DNA of 64,000 nucleotides from NCBI GenBank assembly GCA_050287085.1, contig JBNKBE010000020.1, forward strand, positions 1 through 64,000, read 5' to 3'. The notes below the pieces were generated by a model. That model was not told the DNA's origin, ran no database searches, and was given only the letters and a program-made list of their open reading frames with translations. How positions within the stretch are numbered: the stretch's first letter is position 1; the number at the start of each line of letters is the position of its first letter. A program made the translations under genes and the position numbers. Positions 9,776 to 19,093 of the stretch are shown here, piece after piece. This DNA comes from Polyangiaceae bacterium. GTDB lineage: Bacteria; Myxococcota_A; Polyangia; Polyangiales; Polyangiaceae.

Positions 9776-10218
9776 ACGCAAGCTGCTCGACCTCGTCGTC
9801 TGGTGCATCGGAGTCGCGGTTGGCCAATTGCAGTCAGTCCTGTTGCGAACGATAGCCGAATTGTCGTCCGCAGCCAAGAGAGGACCGCCCCGACGCTCGC
9901 GGAGGCATGGACGCCCCCGCTCACGCCCAAGAGCGCTGCCGGTCACGGGTACATATCGGAACAACTACCCTCCTCTCGGAGCACTCACGACAAGATACGA
10001 AAAAGATCGCCCGCCCTGAACGAACACACGCCAAGACGATGGCCAAGTTCTCACTCTCGCGCAAACTCCTGAGATGGCTGCAAGATGGCGCTACGCCTGG
10101 ATAGCTCGATGGGACTTCAAAGACCGCCGCAATAGCGCTTGTCCGCTTGCCGCCATCGATCAACAAGACTCGAAGTGTGCAAACCAGCGCTTCCTCTATT
10201 TACCCTGCTTCGCGGTAG

Positions 10219-10866
10219 GCTCCCGCTGGTGGCGGGGACAGTGACGCCATTATTCAAACGGTGGACTACGCGCTCGAGAGGCGCCAGGGCAATCGCGACC
10301 GAGTGCACGTCACCGGCGACTCTTCCGGTGGCATGATGACGGAACTGCTGCTGGCGCTCTATCCCGAGGTATTCAAAGCGGGAGCTGCCTTCGCGGGGAT
10401 GCCGGCAGGATGTCGTGGTCCGGGTGAAAACGGCAACGGCGGTGGCTACAGCGGAGCGTGCGCTGGGGGCAACGTTTCCCACAGCGAGCAGGAATGGGGC
10501 GATATCGCCCGCTCCCTCAGCCCTGGCTACGACGGACCTCGTCCGCGGGTGCAGTTGTTGCACGGCGACAATGACACAACCATTCGTTTCCCGAACCACA
10601 CGGAAGCCGTTAAACAGTGGGCCAATCTGCTCGACCTGGACTGTGCCGATGCGCTCGAACGCGAAGCACAACTTGGGCTGCATCCGGGTATTTTACAAAG
10701 CTGGCAAGACACGTGCGGCATAACGGTATTGGACGCCTTCACTCAGTCGACCCCGGCGTCGCTGGTTGCGCCGATGACAACGGCGGAACCGATGCGACTG
10801 CTGGAGAAGGCGCCAGAGCCCCCGCCTCTGCGACTTCACCCTCCGCATACCTCACACCGTTATTGA
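10219..10866 (+). pseudogene. Truncated PHB-depolymerase/LpqC-type (acetylxylan esterase-like) alpha/beta hydrolase fragment
   Basis: GGGDSDAII...RVHVTGDSSGGMMT...YPEVFKAGAAFAGMPAGC...QLLHGDNDTTI. An in-frame TAG at about 10216-10218 removes the signal peptide and N-terminal half. Similarity is lost after LDAFTQ. Confidence 0.65.
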
Positions 10867-10885
10867 CGCCTGTCCCCTATCCGCA

Positions 10886-12073
10886 ATGTCAGATTTCCAG
10901 AACCCACAACCAGACGCACCTCCCATTGAGCCAACCGGCTTTGAGGCGGGATCAGCAGAAGGCACATCGTCCGCACGGCGGGGACGCCTCTGGCTCGGCC
11001 GGCTGTTGTTGAGCGCAACTCTTCCAGCCGTCGCTTGTTCGTCTTCCAACAAGCCCAATGCTTCAGGAGATCCGTTTGCCACGTCCGGTACGGGTGGCGG
11101 AGGAAGCCCAAGTGCCGACCCACAAGATGGCTCAGGGAGCGGCGCTGGAGGACTGCCGAACGCGAGCAACGCACCGGACACTGATTCGCGCCCTCCCGAG
11201 GCGGGTGCCGCCGGGGCCACCGATAGCGCGGCAGGTGCCGCCGGTGACGGGAATGGTGCGACCACCATGGGCGGTGCGGGTGTGGGTGGCGGCAGTGCCG
11301 GCTCCTCCGAACAGGGCGAAGACAACGCCCAAGGCGGCGGAGGAGGCACCCCCGCGGCGCCAGCTGATCCGCGCGAAGCCGCTGACGTCTTGGACGGATT
11401 TGCGATCCACAAGCCGTGCGTCAGCAGCTTCCAACCGAGCGGAAATCCCAACAACGCGGGAGATTGCTGCTGCGAAGAAGAAGCGGCCAATGAAAATCAG
11501 CACCTGACGGTCGCGTTTGGGGGAGATCCGGGAGTAACCTACAACGTCACACTGCGTATCGCTGGGGTGGCAGAACGCTATTGGTACGAAGGCGGCGAAC
11601 TGGATGAGACAAGCCAACGCTTCTACAGCGGTGGACTCCCCACCATTCACGGTGCCGCCCCGAACCAGGGACTGAGCCCGGGACAAGGAGCGTGCAAGAT
11701 CCATCCGCCGGAGACAGATGGTCAATTCGCGCTTCCCTTCGAGGTTCCTCCTGAGATTCGTCCCGCAGACGGCTGCTACAACGGCTTCAACATCTTTGCG
11801 ATGACGGTCTCAGCTCCACAACGGAGCTACTACCTAAACCATACGCTGGATTTCGACGGAGCAGACCGTCAACCCCACAGCGTCTACGAAACGGACTACA
11901 CGGTCACAATCCCAATCCAAGGCCAAGCCCAAGTCGCTTTCTACACCATCGACGGCGATCATCATCAGGTCACGAACAACGGCACGATGATGGTGCCTGA
12001 TGTCGCCACCGAGCAGCCCTACAACGGCAACTTTCTGGAACTACAAGTAGTCGCTGTGACGGTCGCAAAGTAG
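10886..12073 (+). CDS. Hypothetical lipoprotein with Gly-rich stalk and Cys-containing beta-rich domain
   Basis: 395-aa ORF with lipobox PAVAC and coding-like GC3 bias. Confidence 0.75.
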   Translation: MSDFQNPQPDAPPIEPTGFEAGSAEGTSSARRGRLWLGRLLLSATLPAVACSSSNKPNASGDPFATSGTGGGGSPSADPQDGSGSGAGGLPNASNAPDTDSRPPEAGAAGATDSAAGAAGDGNGATTMGGAGVGGGSAGSSEQGEDNAQGGGGGTPAAPADPREAADVLDGFAIHKPCVSSFQPSGNPNNAGDCCCEEEAANENQHLTVAFGGDPGVTYNVTLRIAGVAERYWYEGGELDETSQRFYSGGLPTIHGAAPNQGLSPGQGACKIHPPETDGQFALPFEVPPEIRPADGCYNGFNIFAMTVSAPQRSYYLNHTLDFDGADRQPHSVYETDYTVTIPIQGQAQVAFYTIDGDHHQVTNNGTMMVPDVATEQPYNGNFLELQVVAVTVAK

Positions 12074-12219
12074 ACGCACCAGCGATTGCAAAGGGCCAGC
12101 GCCGGTGTCATACAGGGTCTCCGCTCCAATACTGCCGCCGCAGGTTGGTTTGGCTCGCCACGTGCCCCAGCGCCTCGAGATCAACACGGCTCGTCTCCGC
12201 TCATGACGGAACGCTCATC

Positions 12220-12513
12220 ATGACAGAATGGTTTGGCATCGGGCTCTTGCTCGCTTTTTCCGTCAGTGTCAGCCTCTTCTCTCAGCTTCACAGCGGGCGC
12301 TGGCGCGGGCGCGAGCTTCCCGCGGGTATGGGTCAATGGCGAGTTGATCCACCCACCCCCGACGGTCATGCTCGAGAACAACGGCTCGTGCTCCAGGATG
12401 CCCCTTGGCCGCGCCGCAAACGGCTGGTCGAGCAGACGCGTATCCGCAAACTGTCAACGGGAAAGCTGATCGGCCCTGCCAATGAGCGGGTGGTCGCGCG
12501 CTTCTGGTTCTAG
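12220..12513 (+). CDS. Small hypothetical membrane protein
   Basis: ATG 12220 is followed by an N-terminal hydrophobic helix WFGIGLLLAFSVSVSLF. Confidence 0.45.
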   Translation: MTEWFGIGLLLAFSVSVSLFSQLHSGRWRGRELPAGMGQWRVDPPTPDGHAREQRLVLQDAPWPRRKRLVEQTRIRKLSTGKLIGPANERVVARFWF

Positions 12514-12593
12514 CCGCGCAGGCGCGCGACTGGCAGGGCTCGGCGCACTAGAAGCTTCGCCTACCACCCGCCAAGCAGTGCCCCGCGCAGAGC

Positions 12594-12626
12594 AGCTTTG
12601 ATCGGAGGTGCGGGGAGCGAGCTGGC
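12594..12626 (+). repeat. Dispersed intergenic repeat A, copy 1
   Basis: AGCTTTGATCGGAGGTGCGGGGAGCGAGCTGGC, 31/33 identical to 31011-31043. Confidence 0.85.
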
Positions 12627-12648
12627 CACCGATTTCGACGATCAAGGA

Positions 12649-12690
12649 ATCTCGACTGAGTCGCGACAGACTTTCCCGTTCGCGGGCCCT
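12649..12690 (+). repeat. Dispersed intergenic repeat B, copy 1
   Basis: 34/42 identical, in direct orientation, to 14251-14292. Confidence 0.75.
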
Positions 12691-13750
12691 AACAACTCAC
12701 CAGGCCGTCGACTTCCGCCAGACGCATCCGGGCCAACGCAAGATTGGACGTGGTGCGGTTGCACATTAGGTACAGACAGGTGTGCGGACGGCTCTTCACT
12801 ACTCGAATGATGTGAAACTGACCTCGCAGAGTGATCACGATGTCGTCGAGCGGCTCGCTCAGTCCCATGGCCTCAACCGTCTCGCGTTCTAGACGGATTA
12901 CCTCGGTATTGAGGGCTGATGCCAGCTCGATGTCGTAGCCGTCCGCGCCGACTGAGGCCAGTACCGTTCCCGACTCCGAGTCGACCAGAGCGGCCCCTAG
13001 AAAACCTGCAAGCTCCGCGAGACGATGAAGCGACGAAGCAACGCTCCGTTTCCGCTCTGGACGCGCGACGACAGGAGCTGGAACAGGCAGACTCCACTCG
13101 CGAAGTCCACCGAACGCGATGACCTTGCTGTCGAGCATCCGCGTAAGGCAATGGTAGGTCTCGAAGCGCCCAAGCTCGGACGCCTGCAGAATATCCTCCA
13201 GCGACGCAATTCCATCGACCAAGCGATAGACGCTGGCCTGCAACTCACACTCAGGTGCTGTCTGCAGAACACGCTGCGGCACCTGCTCCAGATTGCCGAC
13301 TCGACGAACGTAATCGAGCAGCAGTCGATCCTTCAGCAGCCGGATGCCTTTGGAAATGGCGGGATCCTCGGGCGTCTGCCGACGCGCCTGAAGGAGCATT
13401 TCGAGCGCTTCCTCGTAGCGTTTGGCTTCCAGAAGCGTCTTCAAGTCGGTCATTCGACGCGCATGTCGGCGCTGCCGTTCCCCCGACGAGGGGGGTGACG
13501 GAAGGACCGAGCGCATTGCGTGCAATTCGATCGAACGAATGCTCTCGACCGGAATGTCGTCCGGGGTGAAGCCCGCGGCGTCCAGATAGTCACGGGCCTC
13601 GGTATTGCTCGAGTCCAGCTCCAGCGCATGGCGCCAACATTTGACTGCCTCTTTCACCTCGCTGCGCCCGTAGCAGTCGAGCCCTAACGCGACTAGACGG
13701 CGCGCGCGACTGAACGACTCCTGCGGTTGTGCCTGTTGTTGTTCGGTCAT
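12689..13750 (-). CDS. TPR-containing protein with a C-terminal Roadblock/LC7-like domain
   Basis: TPR-like EAVKCWRHALELDSSNTEARDYL and YEEALEML. C-terminus GFLGAALVDSESG...LDDIVITLRGQFHIIR...SNLALARMRL. Start set at ATG 13750; the ORF track gives 13831. Confidence 0.7.
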   Translation of the reverse strand: MTEQQQAQPQESFSRARRLVALGLDCYGRSEVKEAVKCWRHALELDSSNTEARDYLDAAGFTPDDIPVESIRSIELHAMRSVLPSPPSSGERQRRHARRMTDLKTLLEAKRYEEALEMLLQARRQTPEDPAISKGIRLLKDRLLLDYVRRVGNLEQVPQRVLQTAPECELQASVYRLVDGIASLEDILQASELGRFETYHCLTRMLDSKVIAFGGLREWSLPVPAPVVARPERKRSVASSLHRLAELAGFLGAALVDSESGTVLASVGADGYDIELASALNTEVIRLERETVEAMGLSEPLDDIVITLRGQFHIIRVVKSRPHTCLYLMCNRTTSNLALARMRLAEVDGLVSC

Positions 13751-14217
13751 CGCCTGTTCCAACGGCACATGCAGCGCTGCCCAAGACTGAGCAAAGATAG
13801 ATGTGGTACCTGCCAAACGCGCACGCGACATCCACCAAGTGTGCCTAGGAAACTATACGCTGGCCGTGATGTTGCTTCAATTCTCTGGTGAGCTCAAAAT
13901 CAAGATTCATCCAACGAGTCGCTGTTCTCGACTCATGTGGGGCGACAATGCAGTCAAAACAGAACAGCGCAACGTATCTGACGGACTCGCGAAGCATCCG
14001 CGCCTCTTTCGACGCTGCTGGCACCCAATACGTAGGGCTCAAGGGAAACATGTCTGGAACCCAGCGCCATCGGCAGCGCAGCACCTACAGTGTCCGATAG
14101 CTGGCTCCAACGATGTACGAACAAACCAGTCTAGAAACTGACCGCGCGATGCCAACGGCAATGCCGTCCAAGATTCGAGACCCGACGAAGTGCCGCCGCG
14201 ACCTCTCCCAAAGACTG

Positions 14218-14292
14218 AGGGCCCGCAGACGGGAAAGCCCTACTGCGGCGGTCTCGACCGGCTAGCGACGGACTTTCCCGTCCGCGGGCCTT
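14218..14292. repeat. About 75-bp element with about 23-bp imperfect terminal inverted repeats (REP/MITE-like); includes repeat B copy 2
   Basis: AGGGCCCGCAGACGGGAAAGCCC ... GGACTTTCCCGTCCGCGGGCCTT; the two arms are reverse-complementary with 3 mismatches. Confidence 0.7.
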
Positions 14293-14366
14293 TGCTCTGG
14301 ACTTCCGGAGCCCCGACAGGGGTGCGCAATTGCAATCGCAAAACCAACCGGGGTAGCGTCTAGGTC

Positions 14367-15209
14367 GTGGACGCAATCAGCATAGAGGCGGCGGTTGAAC
14401 TGGCACTTCGGGAAGACCTTGCATCGGGCGACTTGAGCACCGAGGCCCTGGCCCTCGGCGATCGCCAGGCGGAGGCGGTCGCGTGGGCCAAGGCGCCCCT
14501 TGTAGTGGCCGGTGAACGCGTGTTTTTCGCCACCTTCCGCCGCTTGTATCCGAGCATGACATGCGAGTCGTTTGTCCGAGACGGGCATCAGGTAGCCGCC
14601 GGTAGCCGCGTGTGGGCGGTTCGGGGCCCCGCAGACGCGATTCTGATGGCCGAGCGGAGCGCGTTGAACCTCGTGCAGCGCATGAGCGGCATCGCCACGC
14701 TCACACGACGCTTCGTCGACGCCCTTCCCGCCGGGAGTCGCACCCGCATCACCGACACCCGCAAGACGACTCCGGGCTTGCGCCGTCTGGAGCGCTACGC
14801 CGTTCGGATGGGGGGTGGGTTCAACCATCGCGACAATCTGGGCTCAGCGGTGATGCTCAAAGACAACCACATTGCGGCCTGCGGAGGCATCACCGAAGCT
14901 GTCGAACGGGCACGGCGCTACGCTCCCCACACCGCCACCATCGAGGTTGAAGTGGAGTCTGAAAGCATGCTGGAAGAAGCGCTCAAAGCAGGCGCTGACA
15001 TCATCATGCTGGACAACTTCGACGATGCTCGAGTCGCTGGGGCCGTCGAACGGTGCCGAGGTCGCGCGTGTGTTGAGGTCTCCGGAGGGATTACTCTCGA
15101 GCGGGTAGCGCAACTGGCCGGCGCAGGTGTGGACATCATCAGCATCGGCGCTTTGACTCACTCGGCGCCGGCCGCCGACATCTCCTTGCGTATCACCCAC
15201 CAGGACTAG
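14367..15209 (+). CDS. nadC: Quinolinate phosphoribosyltransferase (decarboxylating)
   Basis: ERSALNLVQRMSGIAT, DTRKTTPGLR, NHRDNL, MLKDNH, EVEVE, IIMLDN, SIGALTHSA. Confidence 0.97.
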   Translation: MDAISIEAAVELALREDLASGDLSTEALALGDRQAEAVAWAKAPLVVAGERVFFATFRRLYPSMTCESFVRDGHQVAAGSRVWAVRGPADAILMAERSALNLVQRMSGIATLTRRFVDALPAGSRTRITDTRKTTPGLRRLERYAVRMGGGFNHRDNLGSAVMLKDNHIAACGGITEAVERARRYAPHTATIEVEVESESMLEEALKAGADIIMLDNFDDARVAGAVERCRGRACVEVSGGITLERVAQLAGAGVDIISIGALTHSAPAADISLRITHQD

Positions 15210-15244
15210 CGTCGCGCCATTCGCCCGGAGCCAGACAGCAAGCG

Positions 15245-16021
15245 ATGTTCCGTCCCGACGTCTTCCATCAGCTGGCGCAGCAGGCCCAGCTGCAACTCGG
15301 TACTCCGTGCCACCACACACTTGTTACGGGTTCGACCAACGACGACGCCCGTCAATCAGCGCGCGCGGGCGCTCCGCACGGTAGCCTCTTCGTCGCAGAC
15401 CAGCAACGCTCGGGGCGAGGGCGTCGTGGCCGAAGCTGGACGTCAGCCGCTGGCGATGGACTGCTCTTCTCTCTTGTGCTGCGTCCAGCCCTGGCGCTGG
15501 AGCAACTGACACCACTCCCTCTGGTAGTCGGGCTCGCAGTAGTAGATGGCTTGGCGACGCATACCAGCGCACCTTTGCGCATCAAGTGGCCAAACGACGT
15601 GTTGTGCGAAGGCAGAAAGCTGGCGGGGGTTCTGGTCGAAGCAGAGCTGGATCCAAGCGCCCCCGGCTCCGATGTGCCGAGTGCCGTGATCACGGGCGTC
15701 GGCATCAATCTCGAAAGTGCCTCGCTCCCGAAGGAGCTGCAAGCCACGTCCGTGCGAGAACTCGTCATCACGCCTCCGGCTCGAGAGTCACTGCTCGTGG
15801 ACACGTTGCGGTCCCTGGAGCACTGGCTGGAGGTCTTTCGACGCGACGGCACCAGGGCCCTCGCAAGCCGACTCAATGAGCTGGACGCGTTGCGCGAACG
15901 GTCGCTGCGCGTCGGCCCATGCGAGGGCCGGGGCGCCGGCATAGACCCGCTCGGTCAGCTCCGCATAGCGACGAAAAGCGGCGTCGTAGCGGTGCGTTCG
16001 GGTACCGTGGAGCTGCTGTAG
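15245..16021 (+). CDS. birA: Biotin-[acetyl-CoA carboxylase] ligase without an N-terminal HTH
   Basis: GSTND, QRSGRGRRGRSW, IKWPNDV, KLAGVLVE, GVGIN. Confidence 0.95.
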   Translation: MFRPDVFHQLAQQAQLQLGTPCHHTLVTGSTNDDARQSARAGAPHGSLFVADQQRSGRGRRGRSWTSAAGDGLLFSLVLRPALALEQLTPLPLVVGLAVVDGLATHTSAPLRIKWPNDVLCEGRKLAGVLVEAELDPSAPGSDVPSAVITGVGINLESASLPKELQATSVRELVITPPARESLLVDTLRSLEHWLEVFRRDGTRALASRLNELDALRERSLRVGPCEGRGAGIDPLGQLRIATKSGVVAVRSGTVELL

Positions 16022-16052
16022 CGCTGGCAGCCCCGGACCTCTCTGGCTCCCG

Positions 16053-16598
16053 TCAGGCGCCCGCATCAGCACCGCCCACAAGCGATGAAGTCAGGCGCTG
16101 CCGCAGCGAGATGCGTGCGCGATGTACACGACTCATCACCGTGCCTACCGGAATCGCCAGCGCTTCCGCCGCCTCCTTATAAGAATGCTCACCCACGTCC
16201 ACCAGCACCACCACGTCACGATAAGCCCTCGGCAGGGCATTGATCTCGTCTGCGAAGGACGGAAGCAGCCATGGCTGCGACGGAGCCGCCGATGCCCCGC
16301 CCTGGGCAGCCTGTGCGCCTGGCAGTTGAGCCGTCACCCGCCTTTCGGCTCGCTGGCGTCGAAAGCGGGTCACAAAAACCGAGTACATGATCTGCTGCAG
16401 CCAAGCGTGAGCGTTGCTGCCGGACACAAAGTGGTGCTCGAAGCGCAGCGCCCGCTCGGTGGTATCACCCACCAAGTCAGCGGCATCTTGCACGTTGCGA
16501 CACAGGCGCAGCGCGCGACGGTGTAGCCTGGGCTGAAGTAGCACCAGCTGACAACGCAGACTGGCTTGCTCTGGACACGGATCTTCGGGCTTAGTCAT
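16053..16598 (-). CDS. ECF-type RNA polymerase sigma-70 factor
   Basis: DAADLVGDT...AWLQQIM and LPRAYRDVVVLVDVGEHSYKEAAEALAIPVGTVMSRVHRAR. Confidence 0.9.
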   Translation of the reverse strand: MTKPEDPCPEQASLRCQLVLLQPRLHRRALRLCRNVQDAADLVGDTTERALRFEHHFVSGSNAHAWLQQIMYSVFVTRFRRQRAERRVTAQLPGAQAAQGGASAAPSQPWLLPSFADEINALPRAYRDVVVLVDVGEHSYKEAAEALAIPVGTVMSRVHRARISLRQRLTSSLVGGADAGA

Positions 16599-16613
16599 GC
16601 TGCCCACCCCCAA

Positions 16614-16629
16614 TTCAAGGTTCGTGCCA
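16614..16629 (-). promoter_or_regulatory. Candidate sigma-54 (-24/-12) promoter
   Basis: Minus strand TGGCACGAACCTTGAA has correct GG-N10 spacing but GA in place of GC at -12. It lies 15 nt upstream of the ECF ATG. Confidence 0.5.
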
Positions 16630-16788
16630 GTCCCTAGCCGGGTGCCGGCGGCCGGAACCCGTCACGCTTGAGCGCAGAACGCGACATTGTGGCAGCACTC
16701 GCCTCGAGACCGATCGCGCGCTGACAAAGTTGCAAAACAGCCTTCACTCCGGGTCCTCAGGGACGGCAAATTGAGGTCCAATAGCCCC

Positions 16789-18321
16789 ATGATCCCGATC
16801 TTGTCTCGCGACCAGGCGCGCGCCTTCGACCAAAACGCGATGGACTCTCAGGGCGTACCCTCCCTCATCCTGATGGAAAACGCGGGTGCCAACGCGTCAC
16901 GCCGCGTGCTCGAGCGCTTTGCACACGCGCGCCGCATCCTCGTGCTCGTGGGGCGCGGAAACAACGGAGGGGATGGCTCCGTGGTCGCTCGTCACTTGCT
17001 GATAGCGGGTCGTAGCGTGACTCTCGCGCTCGCGTGTGAAATGAGTTCACTCACTGGGGACGCCCTTCTGATGCTCACCGCCTTTCGCGGGTTGGGCGGA
17101 GCGGTCATTGCCAATTGCTCCGAGACAGCACTCGCCGCAGCCTTGCAGAGTTCTGAGCTCGTGATCGACGCCTTATACGGTACCGGCTTGACCCGCGAGC
17201 TCGCCGATTCTGACAAGCGAAGAATACAACAGGTCAACGAGGCAGCGCTCCCGGTAGTAGCACTTGACGTCCCGTCGGGAATGGACGCCGACAGCGGAGC
17301 AGTCCGCGGCGCCGCCATCATCGCGACCGAAACGATCACCTTTGCGTTCGCCAAACGCGGATTCTTCACCCCTGGCGGCGCTAGACTCACCGGCAATCTT
17401 TGTACGGTCCCGATCGGAGTGCCCAGCATCTGGGCGAGGGAGACGGCCAGTGCCGAACTCTATACCGCCGACGACGCCCACTCCACCCTGGGCACACCGT
17501 TTGCCCCCAAGCATAAGGGCGAAGCCGGACGCGTTGCCATCTTCGCCGGGGGCCCTGGAACGTTGGGCGCCGCGCGCCTATGCGCCCATGGAGCGCTGCG
17601 TGCCGGCGCTGGGCTCGTGCGCGTAGCCACGTTCGGCGAGGCGGCGCTGCAACTCCAGAGCACGGCGTGGGAGGTCATGACCACCGCCCTCGAACCGAGC
17701 GACGATCCCAAGCAGGTCTTCGAGCTGTTGAACTGGGCGGACTCGGTTGTGCTCGGACCAGGCCTAGGCCTCGGAACCCTGCAGCGGGCCCTGGTGTCCA
17801 ATATCTTGCGCGACCAGAAGTGCCCGGTCGTCGTGGACGCCGACGCCCTCACGGTGCTGAGCGAACACCAGCAGCTATCGGGCCGTGCCATGACCCACTG
17901 TCTGCTGACCCCCCACCCCAAGGAGGCCGCTCGTCTATTGGGATGCACCGCCCCCCAAGTAGAAGACGATCGTTTCGGCGCGGCCACCACGTTGGTCGAA
18001 AAGACCGGAGCCCACGTACTGCTGAAAGGGGAGCATACCATCGTGACTGCCCCAGATAGACCGGCATCGGTCAACACGACTGGCAACAGTCTGCTCGCGG
18101 TCGGGGGCTCGGGCGACGTGCTTTCCGGTGTCCTGGGAGCCATCGCTTGCCGCTTTCCACTGTGGGAGGCCGCCCGGGTCGGAGCGTGGCTTCATGGAGC
18201 AGCTGCCGACGCCGTGTGGCAACAAGGGCATCGACGCGGTGTATTGGCTCGGGAGCTGGCTGACGCCATACCCGGTGTCGTAGCTTCACTTGCCGCTGCG
18301 TCGCCGAGCGAATCGCGCTAA
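16789..18321 (+). CDS. nnr: Bifunctional NAD(P)H-hydrate epimerase/dehydratase
   Basis: LMENAG, GRGNNGGDG, DALYGTG, DVPSG, HKG, GPGLG, VVDADAL, LTPHPKEA, GGSGDVLSG. Confidence 0.95.
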   Translation: MIPILSRDQARAFDQNAMDSQGVPSLILMENAGANASRRVLERFAHARRILVLVGRGNNGGDGSVVARHLLIAGRSVTLALACEMSSLTGDALLMLTAFRGLGGAVIANCSETALAAALQSSELVIDALYGTGLTRELADSDKRRIQQVNEAALPVVALDVPSGMDADSGAVRGAAIIATETITFAFAKRGFFTPGGARLTGNLCTVPIGVPSIWARETASAELYTADDAHSTLGTPFAPKHKGEAGRVAIFAGGPGTLGAARLCAHGALRAGAGLVRVATFGEAALQLQSTAWEVMTTALEPSDDPKQVFELLNWADSVVLGPGLGLGTLQRALVSNILRDQKCPVVVDADALTVLSEHQQLSGRAMTHCLLTPHPKEAARLLGCTAPQVEDDRFGAATTLVEKTGAHVLLKGEHTIVTAPDRPASVNTTGNSLLAVGGSGDVLSGVLGAIACRFPLWEAARVGAWLHGAAADAVWQQGHRRGVLARELADAIPGVVASLAAASPSESR

Positions 18322-18330
18322 GCTCCAGCG

Positions 18331-19023
18331 GTGACCGATACCGCGCTTGGCCGTCTGCTATCCCTAGTCAAGAAGGAGCTAAGCGCTGACGATGCTCGAA
18401 TCGAGCTCGGTGGGCGACCGCCAACATCCGCCTCCGCAGTGTGGTGTCCGATAGCGGATGGTCGCTTGGTAGCACTTTTTGATGCCCCCCCAAGCGACGC
18501 GGCCATGCTGCAGCGGCGCCTGTCGGTGCTGCTCGCTTCATTCGAAGAAACAACCGCTGAAGCCGGTAACCTCGAATTGCACGCGGGAACGCGGAACGTT
18601 CAGGCCCGGCTGGACGAGACTCTTTCGGACCTCGCAGTGCGGGCAGGAGCCACGCTCGCCCTGGTGTGTGACGTCAGCGCGCCCTTGATCTGGGGTTGCT
18701 CGCGAGGGATGCCAGGCTCGCGAGGAGAGGCGGTGGATGTGGTGGACCGAATTGCCCGCGACTTCAGCGGGGAGCTCGCCCCCAAACTTCGCTCCTCTCA
18801 TAACCATGTTCTGCGACTGTCGCAGAACGATGACGGCGAATACCTAGCTCGCCTATTCGGAGGCACCTACGCCGTGGTCCTCTACTTCGAATCGGTCCTC
18901 TCAGAACCTGTTGCCGTGGGGGCGTTGCTGCACGCTGTTCCCGTCATCGAGCGACTCGTGGTTTCGCTGCCACCGGTGGATCCAACGCCGGGAGGTAGGG
19001 TTATTCGCCTATCGCGTGCCTAG
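18331..19023 (+). CDS. Hypothetical protein, possibly with a Roadblock-like C-terminal domain
   Basis: 230-aa ORF 9 nt after nnr, with a helix-strand pattern (LDETLSDLAVRAGATLALVCD...YAVVLYF...IERLVVSLPP). Confidence 0.6.
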   Translation: MTDTALGRLLSLVKKELSADDARIELGGRPPTSASAVWCPIADGRLVALFDAPPSDAAMLQRRLSVLLASFEETTAEAGNLELHAGTRNVQARLDETLSDLAVRAGATLALVCDVSAPLIWGCSRGMPGSRGEAVDVVDRIARDFSGELAPKLRSSHNHVLRLSQNDDGEYLARLFGGTYAVVLYFESVLSEPVAVGALLHAVPVIERLVVSLPPVDPTPGGRVIRLSRA

Positions 19024-19093
19024 CAACCCGACGGGGCGCAAACTCAAGGCGACCTACTCAGGCAACTCGGCAAACGCGGCTATGTCGACCGAC

